A stretch of 64,000 nucleotides of DNA from Kondoa subrosea (taxonomy: Eukaryota). A model generated the notes under the pieces. It was not told where the DNA came from. It searched no databases and saw only the letters and a program-made list of their open reading frames with translations. The position numbers and the translations under genes were made by a program. Below, in pieces: positions 1-12,096 of the stretch. The stretch is taken from NCBI GenBank assembly GCA_039545335.1, contig BCIN01000002.1:695118-759117 (forward strand). Reading direction: 5' to 3'. Within the stretch, counting starts at the first letter, position 1, and every line of letters starts with the position of its first letter.

Positions 1-403
1 TAATGACCCAAACCATGTATTTTACATTGGAAGCGCTACAAATCAATGAACAACTACATGCCTACCCGCCCAGAAAGAAGCAGAGTCTATCGATTGGCTC
101 CTCTTCTCCATTTCTTTCGCCCTTCCTCAAGATCGAAGTGCCATGCTATATGTCACTCATCAGCTTGCTTACTTTCGACAAGCGGATAGCACACCTTCAT
201 CGAGCTTCGTCTTCGATTTGTACTCTTCTCGAGTCTCTTTGACTAGCGTGAACCTATCCATAGTGATCAGTCTGGTCCCAATTTCAGCTCAAGGAAGACT
301 TACTCAGAATTCTCATCCTCGGCTATACAGTACCAGCGCGTCGCATTGATCGGATCAGAGAGTTCATTGGCCATAGGATAGTTGCCTTTGATGCATCAAC
401 ACC

Positions 404-2208
404 TCACACAGCGTGTTCCAGGTCAGAATCACCTTCTAAGATAGTTTGCATTTCTGGCGCAACGCCAAACGTCTCTTGTACTCTTAGACCTGTATTAGCC
501 CATTAGGTAACGTACGTGAGCTGTTTAGGAGGTACTGACGGAAATCTCTCAAAGAAATATGGCGAGGTATGCCTGTGATCGACAATTTCTGTGTCAGCTC
601 GAATAGAGCATACAGAAAGTATCCATCACCTGTGATTTCCTTGTGTACCCATCCACCTTCGTCCTTATACCTCATCCGAATTCTACTATCAAATCTAAAC
701 ACAGCTTGAAGTCAGACAAATTCTCTTTGCCCTTCTCGGTCTGAGCGCACTTCTGAGGAATTAGCCGCAACTCGATCTTCGCTTGTTTCGAGCAAGACAT
801 GTCTTGTCCAGGTGCAGGATATTCAAAGTCCGCTTTCTCACACCAGCGACTGCTCGATTTCCACTATTGTCAGGGTACAATCTTCCCTTTCCTTGCAATG
901 CAGGACTCACGTCAACCGATAATCCAAGGGTGATACAATGATACCCATATCGTGTAATCGATCATAAACATAAGTAGTTCGATCTTTCCATCTCGCACCG
1001 GGAATGATAATCTTGCTACGATTCTGATTAGGTACGTCAATGAGTTGAATAGTGAATTTTTGTCTTTGTTTGACTGGTATAGAATTGATATCCCTAGCTC
1101 TGTACGTATTCACTCAACGAAAAGTCAAAGTTGACTGAATGAAGTCGAACGCGTACCTTGAACGTGAGAGGAATTCCAACCGGTCTGAAAGGTTAAATGA
1201 TCCAATCTCAGTTTCGTCGGCTTGATGCACGTCATCAGACAAGATCCAATAAATGGATTGACCCGTTTTCTTTTCGATAGCGGATTTCAATTCGCCAAGA
1301 GTAGTTGTGTGAGTAGGAGAAGCTGATAGTAGGCCCTTTGAGCAGATGATTTATAAGGAGAGAAGAACCATTCGCCCACCTTTCTGTAATTTCCCGTTAA
1401 CCTCAAAGTTAATAGATAGCCTTTCCTCTACATTCGATTCGCTCGAAGTCGCTTGATCCGAACCCGAAGCGTTAGGAGTAGTATCAGGCGTCTCAAAATT
1501 TTGGAAACACTGCGAATCCGAAGGCGAGCTCCTACTTGAGTCGAAAAGATCATTATCCAATCTAGCTGATTTCCTCTGTCGCGACGAAGGTAATTTCTTT
1601 CGATCTCTGCCTCTTTCTACTAGCTTCGGGTGTGGTAGGTAGATTGTTATCAAGCGAAGGCAGAAGCAGGAGAAGTATAGGCCGTTGCAACTTCAGATAG
1701 AGTAGAAGGATCGGTAGAAGTAGGTGCAGATGAGGCAGGAAAAGAAGATTGAATGCTAGTCTTCGAGCGAGTAGACGGTGTAGTCATAGAAGCCGCAGCT
1801 ACTCCCATGTCAGCAATAAGCATAACTGACTTCCGCTCGCACTCACACATTTTGGTCCTTCTGGGTCCGAAAGCTTGATGACCAATCCGAGGTGGCTCAG
1901 GTTTGACTATCTGAGGTTTCTTGGGTACATCTGCACTGAGCACATCCTCCATGATAAGATAAACTTTATCTCCCTTGTCCAAAGCTTGAAACACATCTGG
2001 CTGCAATACAACCCATTCTCCTTCGTCGCCTCGAAGACAGAAACGGAAAGATGCTCGAGATAAGGACAAGAGCGCAGGCCAGAGAGTGACAGCGCGATCA
2101 ATTAACGAATCCCAAGTTGGAGCAGTGTGAGCGGAGGTGTTGACTGACTGCTAGAGCTGTGTGGGCACTGTGCGCTCCGCAGTGATTGTACAATTGGACA
2201 AGGGGCAT
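404..2208 (-). CDS. Multi-exon hypothetical protein, possibly with beta-grasp/PB1-like segments and a central Ser/Pro-rich linker
   Basis: Consecutive minus-strand ORFs (1650-2069, 1351-1653, 907-1113, 484-702) flanked by plausible splice sites. Segments FRFCLRGDEGEWVVL and IRMRYKDEGGW loosely recall PB1 acidic motifs. Both ends uncertain. Confidence 0.4.
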
Positions 2209-2548
2209 CCCAAGCGTGGTATCTGAAGGCTAGAGGTATAGTGGCAGTTGCAGGTCTAAAGGAAACTACGTGATTCCGACACTGTTGCTGGTCTCTAAAC
2301 ATGATTTCGCGCCTTAAGACTGGCGTTCAGCTCGAAAGAGATGGAATTCTGTCAAAACCAGAAAACAGCCCGCGCTGCCGGAAAGAGTCGTTTGAGTAAA
2401 GTTGGCGTATGCATAGCGATTATAAGCTTAAAACGAGGTACCAAGCTGAACGCCTTATATTCAATTGTTCAATCTCTGGGCAACAGCTGGTGGCATGGGC
2501 GGAGCTGGCAACCAAATGATTTGTCGCTGTTGGAATACCAGATCAATA

Positions 2549-4084
2549 TCATCTTGCGGCTGGCGCTGGAGAACCTACAGCAGCTTCAAAGGGATTGACA
2601 AAAGGAACATGATTGGTGGCATCATCCAGTCCCCAAGCGTCCAATTTCCAATCATCGCAGATAATTTGGCGAGTAATCTCCTTCTCTGCCTTGATCACCA
2701 TTNGAAAAGCAATCTTATCACCTCCATCTAGAGTACGATTGTTGCCAAATGCGTCGTGAGGAGCATGCATAATGGCCGACAACTTGAGTGCCAGCGTATG
2801 CTTCTGCGACTCGCCCGACACTTCAAACGTTTTGAAAACCATGCCTTCATCAGAATGATCAGCGCAGCGGACGTTAGGCTGAGTCCAAGAGTGAGAGGTT
2901 GACAAGGAGTAAGACATGTTCAGATTGGCAGTTGGAGTCGACCCGAAGAATCCAACATCTGCGCCCAGATTGAAGCTCGAGCCAATCTGATGAGTCTCTT
3001 GAGTNGTAGACTCGGTTGGTGAGGATTCAGAGAATGTGACTTCCTGTAGAGTTGCCAACTGTGGCTTACTAAGTTCAGCGCCTTTCGTTAAATAATCTCA
3101 AGGTTGGACACATACTGCTGGCTTTCCAGCGATGGCTTCGGCAGCATTCACACAAGTCAATTCAACAATGTATCGATCCACCCCATGCTTGGCAGCTCCT
3201 GCGCGAGGAATGACTTGCAGATGAATATTCAAAAGTGCAACATCGATGGCTTTGCGATTATTGGCTGGATCTACTGTTGATACGGCTACCCCAGAGATCT
3301 CGCCAGTGACGTGTATCTCGTAGCTGTTGTCCCAGCCTTTGTCATGGATGCGGTCGAAGACTGTCAAGCATGTCAAGGCTCAAAATCAGCATATACTTGA
3401 ATGGGGATAACGGAAGCCTACCTTTCTGCCTGTCTGCATCACCCCATATCTGCCAGGCTGTCATCGGAGATCCCGCCTGCAGAGCTAGTCCAACACCGTC
3501 AAAGAATCTTGCAAAACCGTGTCCAACTTTTGCTCCAGTGCTTGGTGTAGGCCAGAGCACGTCTGGTACAGACGTCGCATATGATTCCGCATGGACCTAG
3601 ACGCGGCAGTGCTCGAAACTTACGACTGTTACTCCAGCTTGGCACTTCACCCTCTAATCCTCAATCAGCTCGGATTGCTTGCCTTTGTTCTCCTCACGTA
3701 CTCATCTTTGTGTGTTCCGGAACATAATGAATTACCTTTTCAAACTCGTTATACAAATTCTTTGATTCTGAAGCGGTTGGCATTGTCGATTTGTCTTGAT
3801 ACCTCTAGAAGAGACAGAAAAGGTCATGCATTGGGTCTATATACCTGGGCGTCCAAGATTCATTGCATTACCTCGGAATGAGCCCATGAAAGTCTGTGTT
3901 ATTCTGTCCATTCAATCGTTTTAAGATGATCATTGATCAGCCCACGAATATATTGCATTCGCCCCGCAGGTATCGGCAGCTCCTCTTCCGCCCATAGAAT
4001 GCGGCCATTCGTGAGACTTCTCAACTCTTCCTTGATTGCATTTGACCCGCAAGCATTAATTCTCTTGTACTCCTCTGCCTCCAT
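2549..4084 (-). CDS. Putative beta-pore-forming toxin-like protein (alpha-hemolysin/leukocidin-type stem)
   Basis: Exons ~3596-3423, ~3361-3115 and ~3058-2549 join in frame through GT-AG introns. The last exon has SPTES.TQETHQIGSSFNLGADVGFFGSTPTANLNMSYSLSTSHSWTQPNV, an alternating polar/apolar Gly/Ser/Thr-rich hairpin. The 5' end (3600-4084) is unresolved. Confidence 0.5.
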
Positions 4085-4190
4085 TCCTCCTACAGTGATA
4101 CATCTCGACTCAATAAGCGGTACGCTGCTTCACTTGCAGTAGCTGTTTAACAGTTGTCAATTTTTGTGTCCGCAGTATCACGTCTACAAC

Positions 4191-5674
4191 ATGAATGGAC
4201 TTCTTCGCTTTGCTTCGGCACTGAAGAAATTGGGAACACCTTCATACAACCTACCGCGCAAGTATTCAGCGGCTATCTCTGATCCAAAACAAATCAAGAT
4301 TGATTTGGATCCAATGCTACTCTTAAAGTCTTCTTTACCGAAGTCAATAAGGGCGATCAAAGTATCAAAGGCACGGTGGAATGGATTCGCAATCAAGATC
4401 AAATGATTGGTCATTACCTTAAGAACTTGTTCGATGAGGCTGGAAAGAAAGGAGAAGATTCAGTCCAAGCCTTACGCAACACCACTTTCTTGATCATGAC
4501 TCCAGAAGGCGCTTTGAATCGATTCGAACGAGAAGAGGTTTGGTCTGACGGAAACTCAACGACCATAGAACATCCTGTTTCCGGTGCGCTTCTACGAAAT
4601 ATATAATGTACTTGATCTGAATTTAGCCTGAAGGAAATGTCTGGAACATTGAGGACGCCATCGTTGTGAGATCTGCAGTCGCTAAATCAGCTAATAGTAC
4701 GTCTTATACATTCTTTCTTGAATCTGCTAATCTGCGATCTAGCTTTGAGCTACTTTGGCGCTCCTGTCTACTGGTGCCTCAACTCCGTTGTGTATCGATA
4801 TGATCTCGATGACACTACGATCAAAGTCGACGAGAAAGGCAGGAAACAGATCGACAACACTAACTTCTTGACCAATGGGAGATTCGGTGTGGAAATCGCA
4901 AAACAGAAAGTCTCCCCTTCCACCGATGGTCTGAACTCAGACATTCATTTCATGCTTGAAAACGCTCCTTTCCCTAATGTGGAACTCAAAGAAGGCAAGC
5001 TTGTTGCAAGAGTCGGTATCTGTCTAGATGCGGTTCATCCGTCAAAAGACCAGTCGGAATCTCCCGTCCTCAACGTTTACTCTGCAAATGGCTTTCCGCA
5101 TTGGTGGCAAACCAGTTTTGACAATCCCAACGCAATAACCGTCGTCTGTGATGCTCAATCAGGTCGAGGTGGCATCTTTGTAAGTTCATCTTACATCCGG
5201 TCCTTCTTGGTTTGTGCTGAAAGAAAATGTTGTGACGCAGAAAATGACGGAAGTGAAGGACAATTTCTTCAAACAAGCTTTATCTGCTGTCATTAGTCTT
5301 TTGAGCTCCATGCAAAATAAGGCCAATGAAGTCGTCAAAGAAGATCCTGTTTTTGAGATGAAGAACATCAATAACGCTCACCTCATCGAGAACAAGGAGA
5401 AAGGTCTGCGCATCAAAGTGTCTGACTACATTCCTCTTCCTATACGCGCTACCAAACTGGAAAATCTCAATGTTCAGCGCATGGGTAATGGCAATCTCCT
5501 GCCTGATTATTCCAAGACTGGTAGTGAGATCACAGTGGCGAAGAGAAGCCTGATACCTTTGAAGCTGGTACAGAGACACGTGAACCGGGTGAGAGGTTGG
5601 AAATGGACGCTGCGTCTGAAGAACATGTCAGGGAGCATATGGCTGAGCATGTCTCTAAAGGAGGTCGCATGTAG
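4191..5674 (+). CDS. Divergent carbon-nitrogen hydrolase (nitrilase superfamily)-like protein
   Basis: Spliced plus-strand ORFs carry FLIMTPEG (Glu ~4505), EIAKQKVS (Lys ~4901) and RVGICLD (Cys 5021) in the order of the Glu-Lys-Cys triad. First intron is probably GC-AG. 3' end approximate. Confidence 0.5.
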
Positions 5675-5964
5675 GCAGCCATGTTATCGTTACTGGCTAA
5701 TGCTCGATCATCGCTGTTTGTTACCGCGGATAAGGACTATGACGCTTGCAATTAGAATTAATTTAACTCGTTGATCTTTGTTATGGCAACTAGTATAGCA
5801 TCATCGCAAAGGCTTTGACAACTCTCTTAAATAGTGAACGGAAACACAAAGAAATGATTGACATTCCGACTGGCACGAACTAGATTACCATGGAAAGTAT
5901 AATTCCATACGTAAATATTACTTCCAGACTTCACTTCTGGATATAGAGTGCCGACTGAGCTCAT

Positions 5965-6953
5965 CTAGTGAAATCTCCATTGCTTGAGATGCTCAAGCCT
6001 CATTTTTGATCTTCCTTGCCAATGCTAAAGCCATTAACTACAGAGATTTCGCGACACGAGAATTGAGAGATTGCCGAGCCGCCTTGATAGTGTTGATGGC
6101 AGAGGAAAGCTGCTGACATATTGCTATCAGCATCGAATTGCAAAAGGCAGTTGGTAGACGTGACAGTTTCGACAGATCGCGCTGTTGTAGACCGAGTGCG
6201 GGAGCTTCAAGTAGCTTTCCAGTTCATGGATGTGTTGATGAGCCGGTTAGGTGCATATGCAGCTACGCCAATGTCAGTCCATATCGCGCGGGAACCAAAG
6301 ACAGGATAGCATACCTTTGTCGCGGGCCAATCTTGAGATATTCAGATGACAATATAAAGAAGCTTCGATATACAGCTACAGTAGCTCGACCTTATAAGCA
6401 AGAAATCGCACAGGCTACGAAAGTGGTTTTACTCACCTCAATTTCACGTAGACTGTCAGCTCCCGCTCTGCCAGATAGCCTGACTTCTACTGAATCCACC
6501 GAGATTCCCTCTGCCCTTCTTGATTCGACTTTCCTCCTACGTTCCTGGCTGACCAGAGATCGATAATACGAGCCTAGTTCTTCTGAAAGCTGCCTACATC
6601 GCTCAGCATTCCCAGCTCCCACAGACCAGCTTGCAGAGGACAGATCCATGAGTTCTTTGAACTTTAAAAGGTCTCCGTTCTTAAAGCTGAAGGCATGCAT
6701 TGTCGATCGTGTATCCGCTTGCGTTCTGTCTGTGCCCTTTCCCTGCCACATGATCTCTACTGGTTCGGGGCTGGTAATGGAGGGAAACTTGAGCAGGAAG
6801 CCTGATGGATTGAGAGAGAGGTTGTCGGTTTCAAAGGTCCAAGACGGTTGGTAAGATAGCCAGCCAGGGTCTTCGCGCCAGGCTACAGAACTAGAGAACA
6901 GATTCATTATTAAGGACATGGTAGATTGAGAAAGAGAGAAACACCCTTACCAT
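5965..6953 (-). CDS. Hypothetical multi-exon protein
   Basis: ATG followed by GTAAG at 6953, a long exon within ORF 6392-6919, and further small exons. No recognisable motif. Confidence 0.4.
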
Positions 6954-7148
6954 TCGCGTTAGCTTGTTCCAAAACAACAATATCTGACGATGTCGGTTTC
7001 AGCCTCAACTGGCGAAACACAGCAAAATCAGACTGAGGGCTCTGTTCAAACGGACGAGATCACAATCGCAATCTCGCATCCAGTCCAGCAGCTGGCGACA
7101 CTGAATCCGTTACATCTCTACCGCTTGAAGCCTTTGTCGATCTTTCAA

Positions 7149-7505
7149 TCACTTCATAGCCGTCTCAACGCTTTCGCCCCATTCTTTCTGACCAGGCAAT
7201 CTCTCAATCCTCTTATTCTCCCAACCTCTTTCATCTTTACTAGCGCTCAACCGAAAGTACTCTTCCCTCAAATCGACTTTTTTCCTATCCTTGTTCAATT
7301 TCAAGTCTTCCGCTTTGGAAACAGTTTGCATTTGTGTGTCACGCAATTCGTAGCGTGTGTTGGTCAACGAGGATAAAGCGAAAGAGCCAATAACCAATGC
7401 AGAAATAAATGGTAAGCCGAAGAGAAAGAAAGGTTGCTTGCGGACTGATGAGAGGAAAGGAGCTTTGTTGCTGCTGCTCAGTGCTTTACGTGGTAGAACA
7501 GGCAT
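7149..7505 (-). CDS. COX16: Cytochrome c oxidase assembly protein Cox16
   Basis: PFFLFGLPFISALVIGSFALSSLTNTRYE transmembrane segment, followed by VDLREEYFRL and WENKRIER motifs typical of Cox16. Confidence 0.9.
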   Translation of the reverse strand: MPVLPRKALSSSNKAPFLSSVRKQPFFLFGLPFISALVIGSFALSSLTNTRYELRDTQMQTVSKAEDLKLNKDRKKVDLREEYFRLSASKDERGWENKRIERLPGQKEWGESVETAMK

Positions 7506-7785
7506 ATCTAGCGATTCGTGAGGGTATAGATTCGTGGTACAAGATCAAGCAAGAATTGAATACAAACGACGCGCATTGATGCAAATGTGCCACGCCGATA
7601 TCATTAAGACCGCTTATAGTTTTCATTACAGACACCACACCAAAGAGATACAGCCCTATTGACAATCAAGAAAAGACAGACTATTGAAACAGCTTTCGAT
7701 TTTGAGGCATTCGATTTGATTCGATACAGCACGATCTTGTAAGGCAGATGTTTAGAAAGGTGCAACTTTGTGTGACAATTACTCA

Positions 7786-9216
7786 CTACCAAGTGTTTGG
7801 AACACAGCACTTCTTGTGCTCGTCATAGTGCTCCTTCTGAGAAGAGAGTCAGAAATCAGCATTTTCCATAGCACAAGACACTAATACATACAGGGTTCTC
7901 GCAGTGAGGAGCAGGAGCAGGGGCAGGAGCAGGGGCAGGAGCAGGAGCAGGAGCAGGTTTATCGTAGCAAGCATTATCATGAGCCGAGTAGATCTTGCCA
8001 AGGTAAGCGCACTATGAAGGCTGGTCAGTAACCCCTCGAACCAATGATACAGAACACAGGCGTACGTTTGCGTCGCTGGGATGACGAGCTGGGTTGAAGC
8101 ATTTCATTGTCTTAGGATCGTAAATCAAACCCTGAAGAAGAAATCACAATCAGCTATCCACAAAAGAGAGGACAGTGTACACTTACCCATGGACAGTCTT
8201 GAGGCTTTGGAGCTGGAGCTGGAGCTGGCATGGGTGGTTTTGGAGCTGGGGCGGGTGCAGAATCATGCTTGTCGTAACAGACCATTTTGTGAGCATCGTA
8301 AGATTTGCCCAGATATTTGCACTGAAGAACAGATGCTTCATTACCGTTACCAGATAAAGTAAAGGAAGAACATACGTTATCGTCGGATGGATGTTTGGCT
8401 GGGTTATAGCACTGCACACAAAAAGCTCAGCCACTGAACGACGTTTATTGGCATAGTGCTTACTTTCATAGTCTTGGGATCGTAGCGTAATCCCTGTTCG
8501 CACAAGACTGATCAGCTAAGCATGGAAAAAGGCTGTGTGTACTCACCCAAGAGCAGTCTTGAGGCTTTGGTGCAGGAGGAGCTGGCATAGGTGGGTTTGG
8601 CTTTGGAGCTGGTGCTGGTGTAGAGTTGTGCTTATCGTAGCATACCATTTTATGAGCATCGTAAGATTTGCCTAAGTATTTGCACTGCAGACCCAATTGT
8701 CAATCATATTCATCGAAAGCCTTGAAGAAACGAACATTGTCTTCAGATGGGTGTCGAGCTGGATTATAGCACTGAGGGACAGAATGTTAGCACTTGTCGG
8801 GAAACATCTGTACGTAAGGAGTCAAGTGCTTACTTTCATGGTCTTCCAGTCATATCGCAGACCCTATTCCTGAATCAGATGTTTTCAGGCTCCAAATGAG
8901 CATAAACTCACTGAAGGGCAGTCCGTGTTATGAGCTGGTACTGGAGCAGGTTTATGCTCATCGACGCAGCACTTCTTGTGTTCATCGTAGTATTGACCCT
9001 GGAAATGATCGTGTGAGCAGATTGATCAAGTCATGAACATTACAGAAAAAGCTCACCTCCTTGCACCAGTGGTCACCGCGAGTCACGAGACCAGCTGTAG
9101 CGCACGAAGACTAAGCAGAGCACAAGGTGACTCTATACCGGGAACATACAGTCTGGAGTAGGTGCAGAGAGTGCTGGTAGCACGAAACTGGCTAGAAAGA
9201 CAAGAGAGAGCTTCAT
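7786..9216 (-). CDS. Secreted Cys-rich repeat protein with Pro/Ala linkers (12 coding exons)
   Basis: Signal peptide MKLSLVFLASFVLPALSA. Eight C-x2/3-G-x-x-Y-D-x5-C-like units reconstructed across GT-AG introns. Stop TAG at 7786-7788. Confidence 0.8.
7908..7958 (-). repeat. 6-bp tandem repeat (GCAGGA/GCAGGG)n encoding (Pro-Ala)n linker
   Basis: gcaggagcaggggcaggagcaggggcaggagcaggagcaggagcagg lies inside an exon of the repeat protein. Confidence 0.85.
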
Positions 9217-9453
9217 TGTGTAAATGCTGGTAGTCTTTATTATTGGAAGGGATGGTACGGGAAAAGAGAGGGAAGACTCAGAAAGTGCGAAGCGGGAAGT
9301 ACAGTGCAGGTCTCGCGGGCAGTGTGCCACCTTTTACCCACGCTATGTCAATGAGGAAATCAGGAGAATACACGTGCTGAGGCATGAGCACCCGAAGAGA
9401 GCACAAGTCTGGAGCTCCAGGGCAGAATGACCAGAGACAATGCGAAAAGAGCG

Positions 9454-9505
9454 AGCGGATCTTAGCGGATGTCGGAAATCTGCATGGCAGCGGATCTTAG
9501 CGGAT
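9454..9505. promoter_or_regulatory. Duplicated 17-bp element AGCGGATCTTAGCGGAT (CGG-N7-CGG); candidate Zn2Cys6 binding sites
   Basis: Exact copies at 9454-9470 and 9489-9505, ~240-290 bp upstream of the secreted repeat protein ATG. The function is inferred. Confidence 0.4.
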
Positions 9506-10272
9506 AGTAATTTATTTGTGACCTGACCCAGCGTAGACTGCTACTCAAGCAGGCTGCAGCAAAGTGCGAACACTCCAGCTGACCGTGAAAGTGGGTCTGA
9601 GACAATTGAACGGATGCAAAGACAAGAATGAAAGACAAAGCGGAAGATGCACGTTTTTGTGGTAGGCAAGCTATCAATAGAGTGCAGGCAGTGTTAACTG
9701 CACAACAGAGACGAGACGACACGCAAACATAAACCTTTCTGGCTTTGTGCAGACCGAAGCAAGCAAGTGGGCAGGGTCGACTTCAACGATAGCATCATAC
9801 ATGCTCATTCTGTCCCATTCTCAGATCGATATGCGCGTTGTTGACTTGATGACACGAGCCTTCCAAGACAAACAGCGAAAGGAGTATTGCACCACCACAA
9901 GCCTTCGCAGCTTCACTAGAATGGGCATGGTTCAGATCTGATCTTCGCCTTTCAGCGAGGCTTGTGTAATACTTTCACGGATCGCATAGTAGTGCTTCTT
10001 ACACATGATTTTGAAAAATTTGCACATCAGACTTGAAGAACTGAAGTTGCCAAACGTGTAGCCATAATCGCGAGGTCAACACAATTGGTGGCCTCCTGCT
10101 GTATCCAGATTGAAGAGCAGGTCGCTGCCGCGGATTTGGAAATGGAAAAGGGACAAAAGAAGATGCGCAGCATTTCACGATTACGTAAGCGCTCATACAA
10201 CGGGTATACAGCTAAATATGCAATAGGGAGCTACAAATAGCAACGAAACCGAGGAATGTTCAACCGAGCCAT

Positions 10273-11823
10273 CTACCTACCGAGACCTTGATGACCCTCT
10301 GAATGAGACAACGGAGTCAGCTTCCCAAAACCATCTTATTGCTTTGCGACTAACCAAAGTATGGATGCTGCAAAGCCTGCTTTGCGCTCAATCTCTTCGC
10401 AGGGTCATAAATCAGCATTCTCTGTTTGCGCGAGAAAATGCAGAATTAGTTCAAGGCTAATTCACCTTTGCTTCACGAACCTCCAGTAGATCAGCAGACA
10501 CATCATCCAAGCCATTGATGTTGTCTTGTAAGTTCTTTGCACTCCATTGTGGGAAAGTAGCTTTGAAATCCGGAAGTGTAGTTACGCCTGGCCAAACATC
10601 TTCATTCGGTGTGCCGAGAAGTCTATATGGCAAGACTCTATGTATGAGTCGATATTCACACAGTGATACTCTTGTGCATACCTGCAAATTCTGAAGATCT
10701 CATCAATTTCCGAATCGCCAGGGAATCTGGCGACACAAGAAAGTATGAGTAGCTTGCCTTTGCTCATGTGATCGTACACTCACAAAGGCGATCGACTAAG
10801 CATTTCCGAGAAGATGCACCCCACAGACCACATGTCGACCGGTGTGCTATAATGTCTCGAACCAAGCAATACTTCTGGTGCTCTGTACCAAAGCGTGACG
10901 ATTTCGTGGGTGTAGGTTCGAAGAGGAATACCGAAAGCTCGCGCTAGACCAAAATCTGCTAGTTTGAGTTCACCATTTCGATCTATTAGTAAATTTTGAG
11001 GTTTGAGATCTCGATGAAGAATTCGATGAGCGTGAAGATAGTAGACGCCTTTGATTAGTTGGCTGTTGAATAATATATGAGTACGATAGTAAGGAAGACA
11101 TGTATACTAACTATGTGAATTTCTGTACTTGACGGATCAGATGGCTGCAAGATATCTCGTAATGGACAAGCTGACCTTTACAATTTCTGGTCCAAGCCCA
11201 TCACTCTCTGCGCCAACCTTATCCATATAACGTTTCAGATCCATATCCAGGAACTCCATGACAAGGTATAGCTTTGTTTCTTGGTGCACAATATCGAGTA
11301 ATCTGTATGTGTCTCGATCAACATAGAACTCAGAGACTTGTCTCATTATTAGCATACCTGACTATATTAGGATCCTTCATCTCCTTTAACAGACTGATTT
11401 CCCTGACTAGTTACAAGATGAGCGAAATCAAGATGCGCGAAAAAGGAAACCGACTAGCTGTAGACGGTACACCTTCATCTTCTGCTTCGAGTCTGATCTT
11501 CTTCAGCCTGTGCATTCACGATCTGATCTCAGCTGCAGACAGCTAGTCAAGAAAGCTAACACACGCTACTATTTCGCCAGTCTTGTTGTCTCTTGCTTTG
11601 TAGACCACACCATAGGCTGCAGATACTCAGCAACGTCTGATCATTGGTGCAAATACACTCACTGCCTGTATCCAAAACGAGTGCGCCAGTCAAATCGAAT
11701 TGACCTTGAGCCAGCTCTATTGCATACCTTCGCCTACTTTTTCCTGGCAGAGCACGCGTCTAATGAGTCTTTGAAACTGTCCAGCTGCTTGAAGCGACTG
11801 ACTAAACGTGCGTAGGCTTCCAT
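10273..11823 (-). CDS. CDC28: Cyclin-dependent kinase 1 (Cdc2/Cdc28)
   Basis: Spliced [76 protein letters not shown] and [11 protein letters not shown]. Confidence 0.95.
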
Positions 11824-12096
11824 TTCAGAAATATAGCAAAAATCAACAAGAGTTCAGAAGGGCGCTTCTCGCGAAAGCTGCAAGAGTGCTGGAGATGAAG
11901 GCAGGTGAAGCTGTTAGTACAGCAGACGCAAAATAGAAAACCAGAGAAAATGAAGGGTTCAGAGCAAGCGAAGTCTCGAAACAACGAAATGACACAAACA
12001 GCCACTGCCGTGATGTCGCATGCAAAAGATACAGCTGGAAGACCATACTCATGTTGATATATAGATGCTATGTATATGGGAGCTGAAGAATTTGGC

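Noticed and set aside
7890..8870. Regularly spaced repeats as a CRISPR-like array or transposon
   Set aside because: The repeats are coding exons separated by GT-AG introns in a eukaryotic gene.
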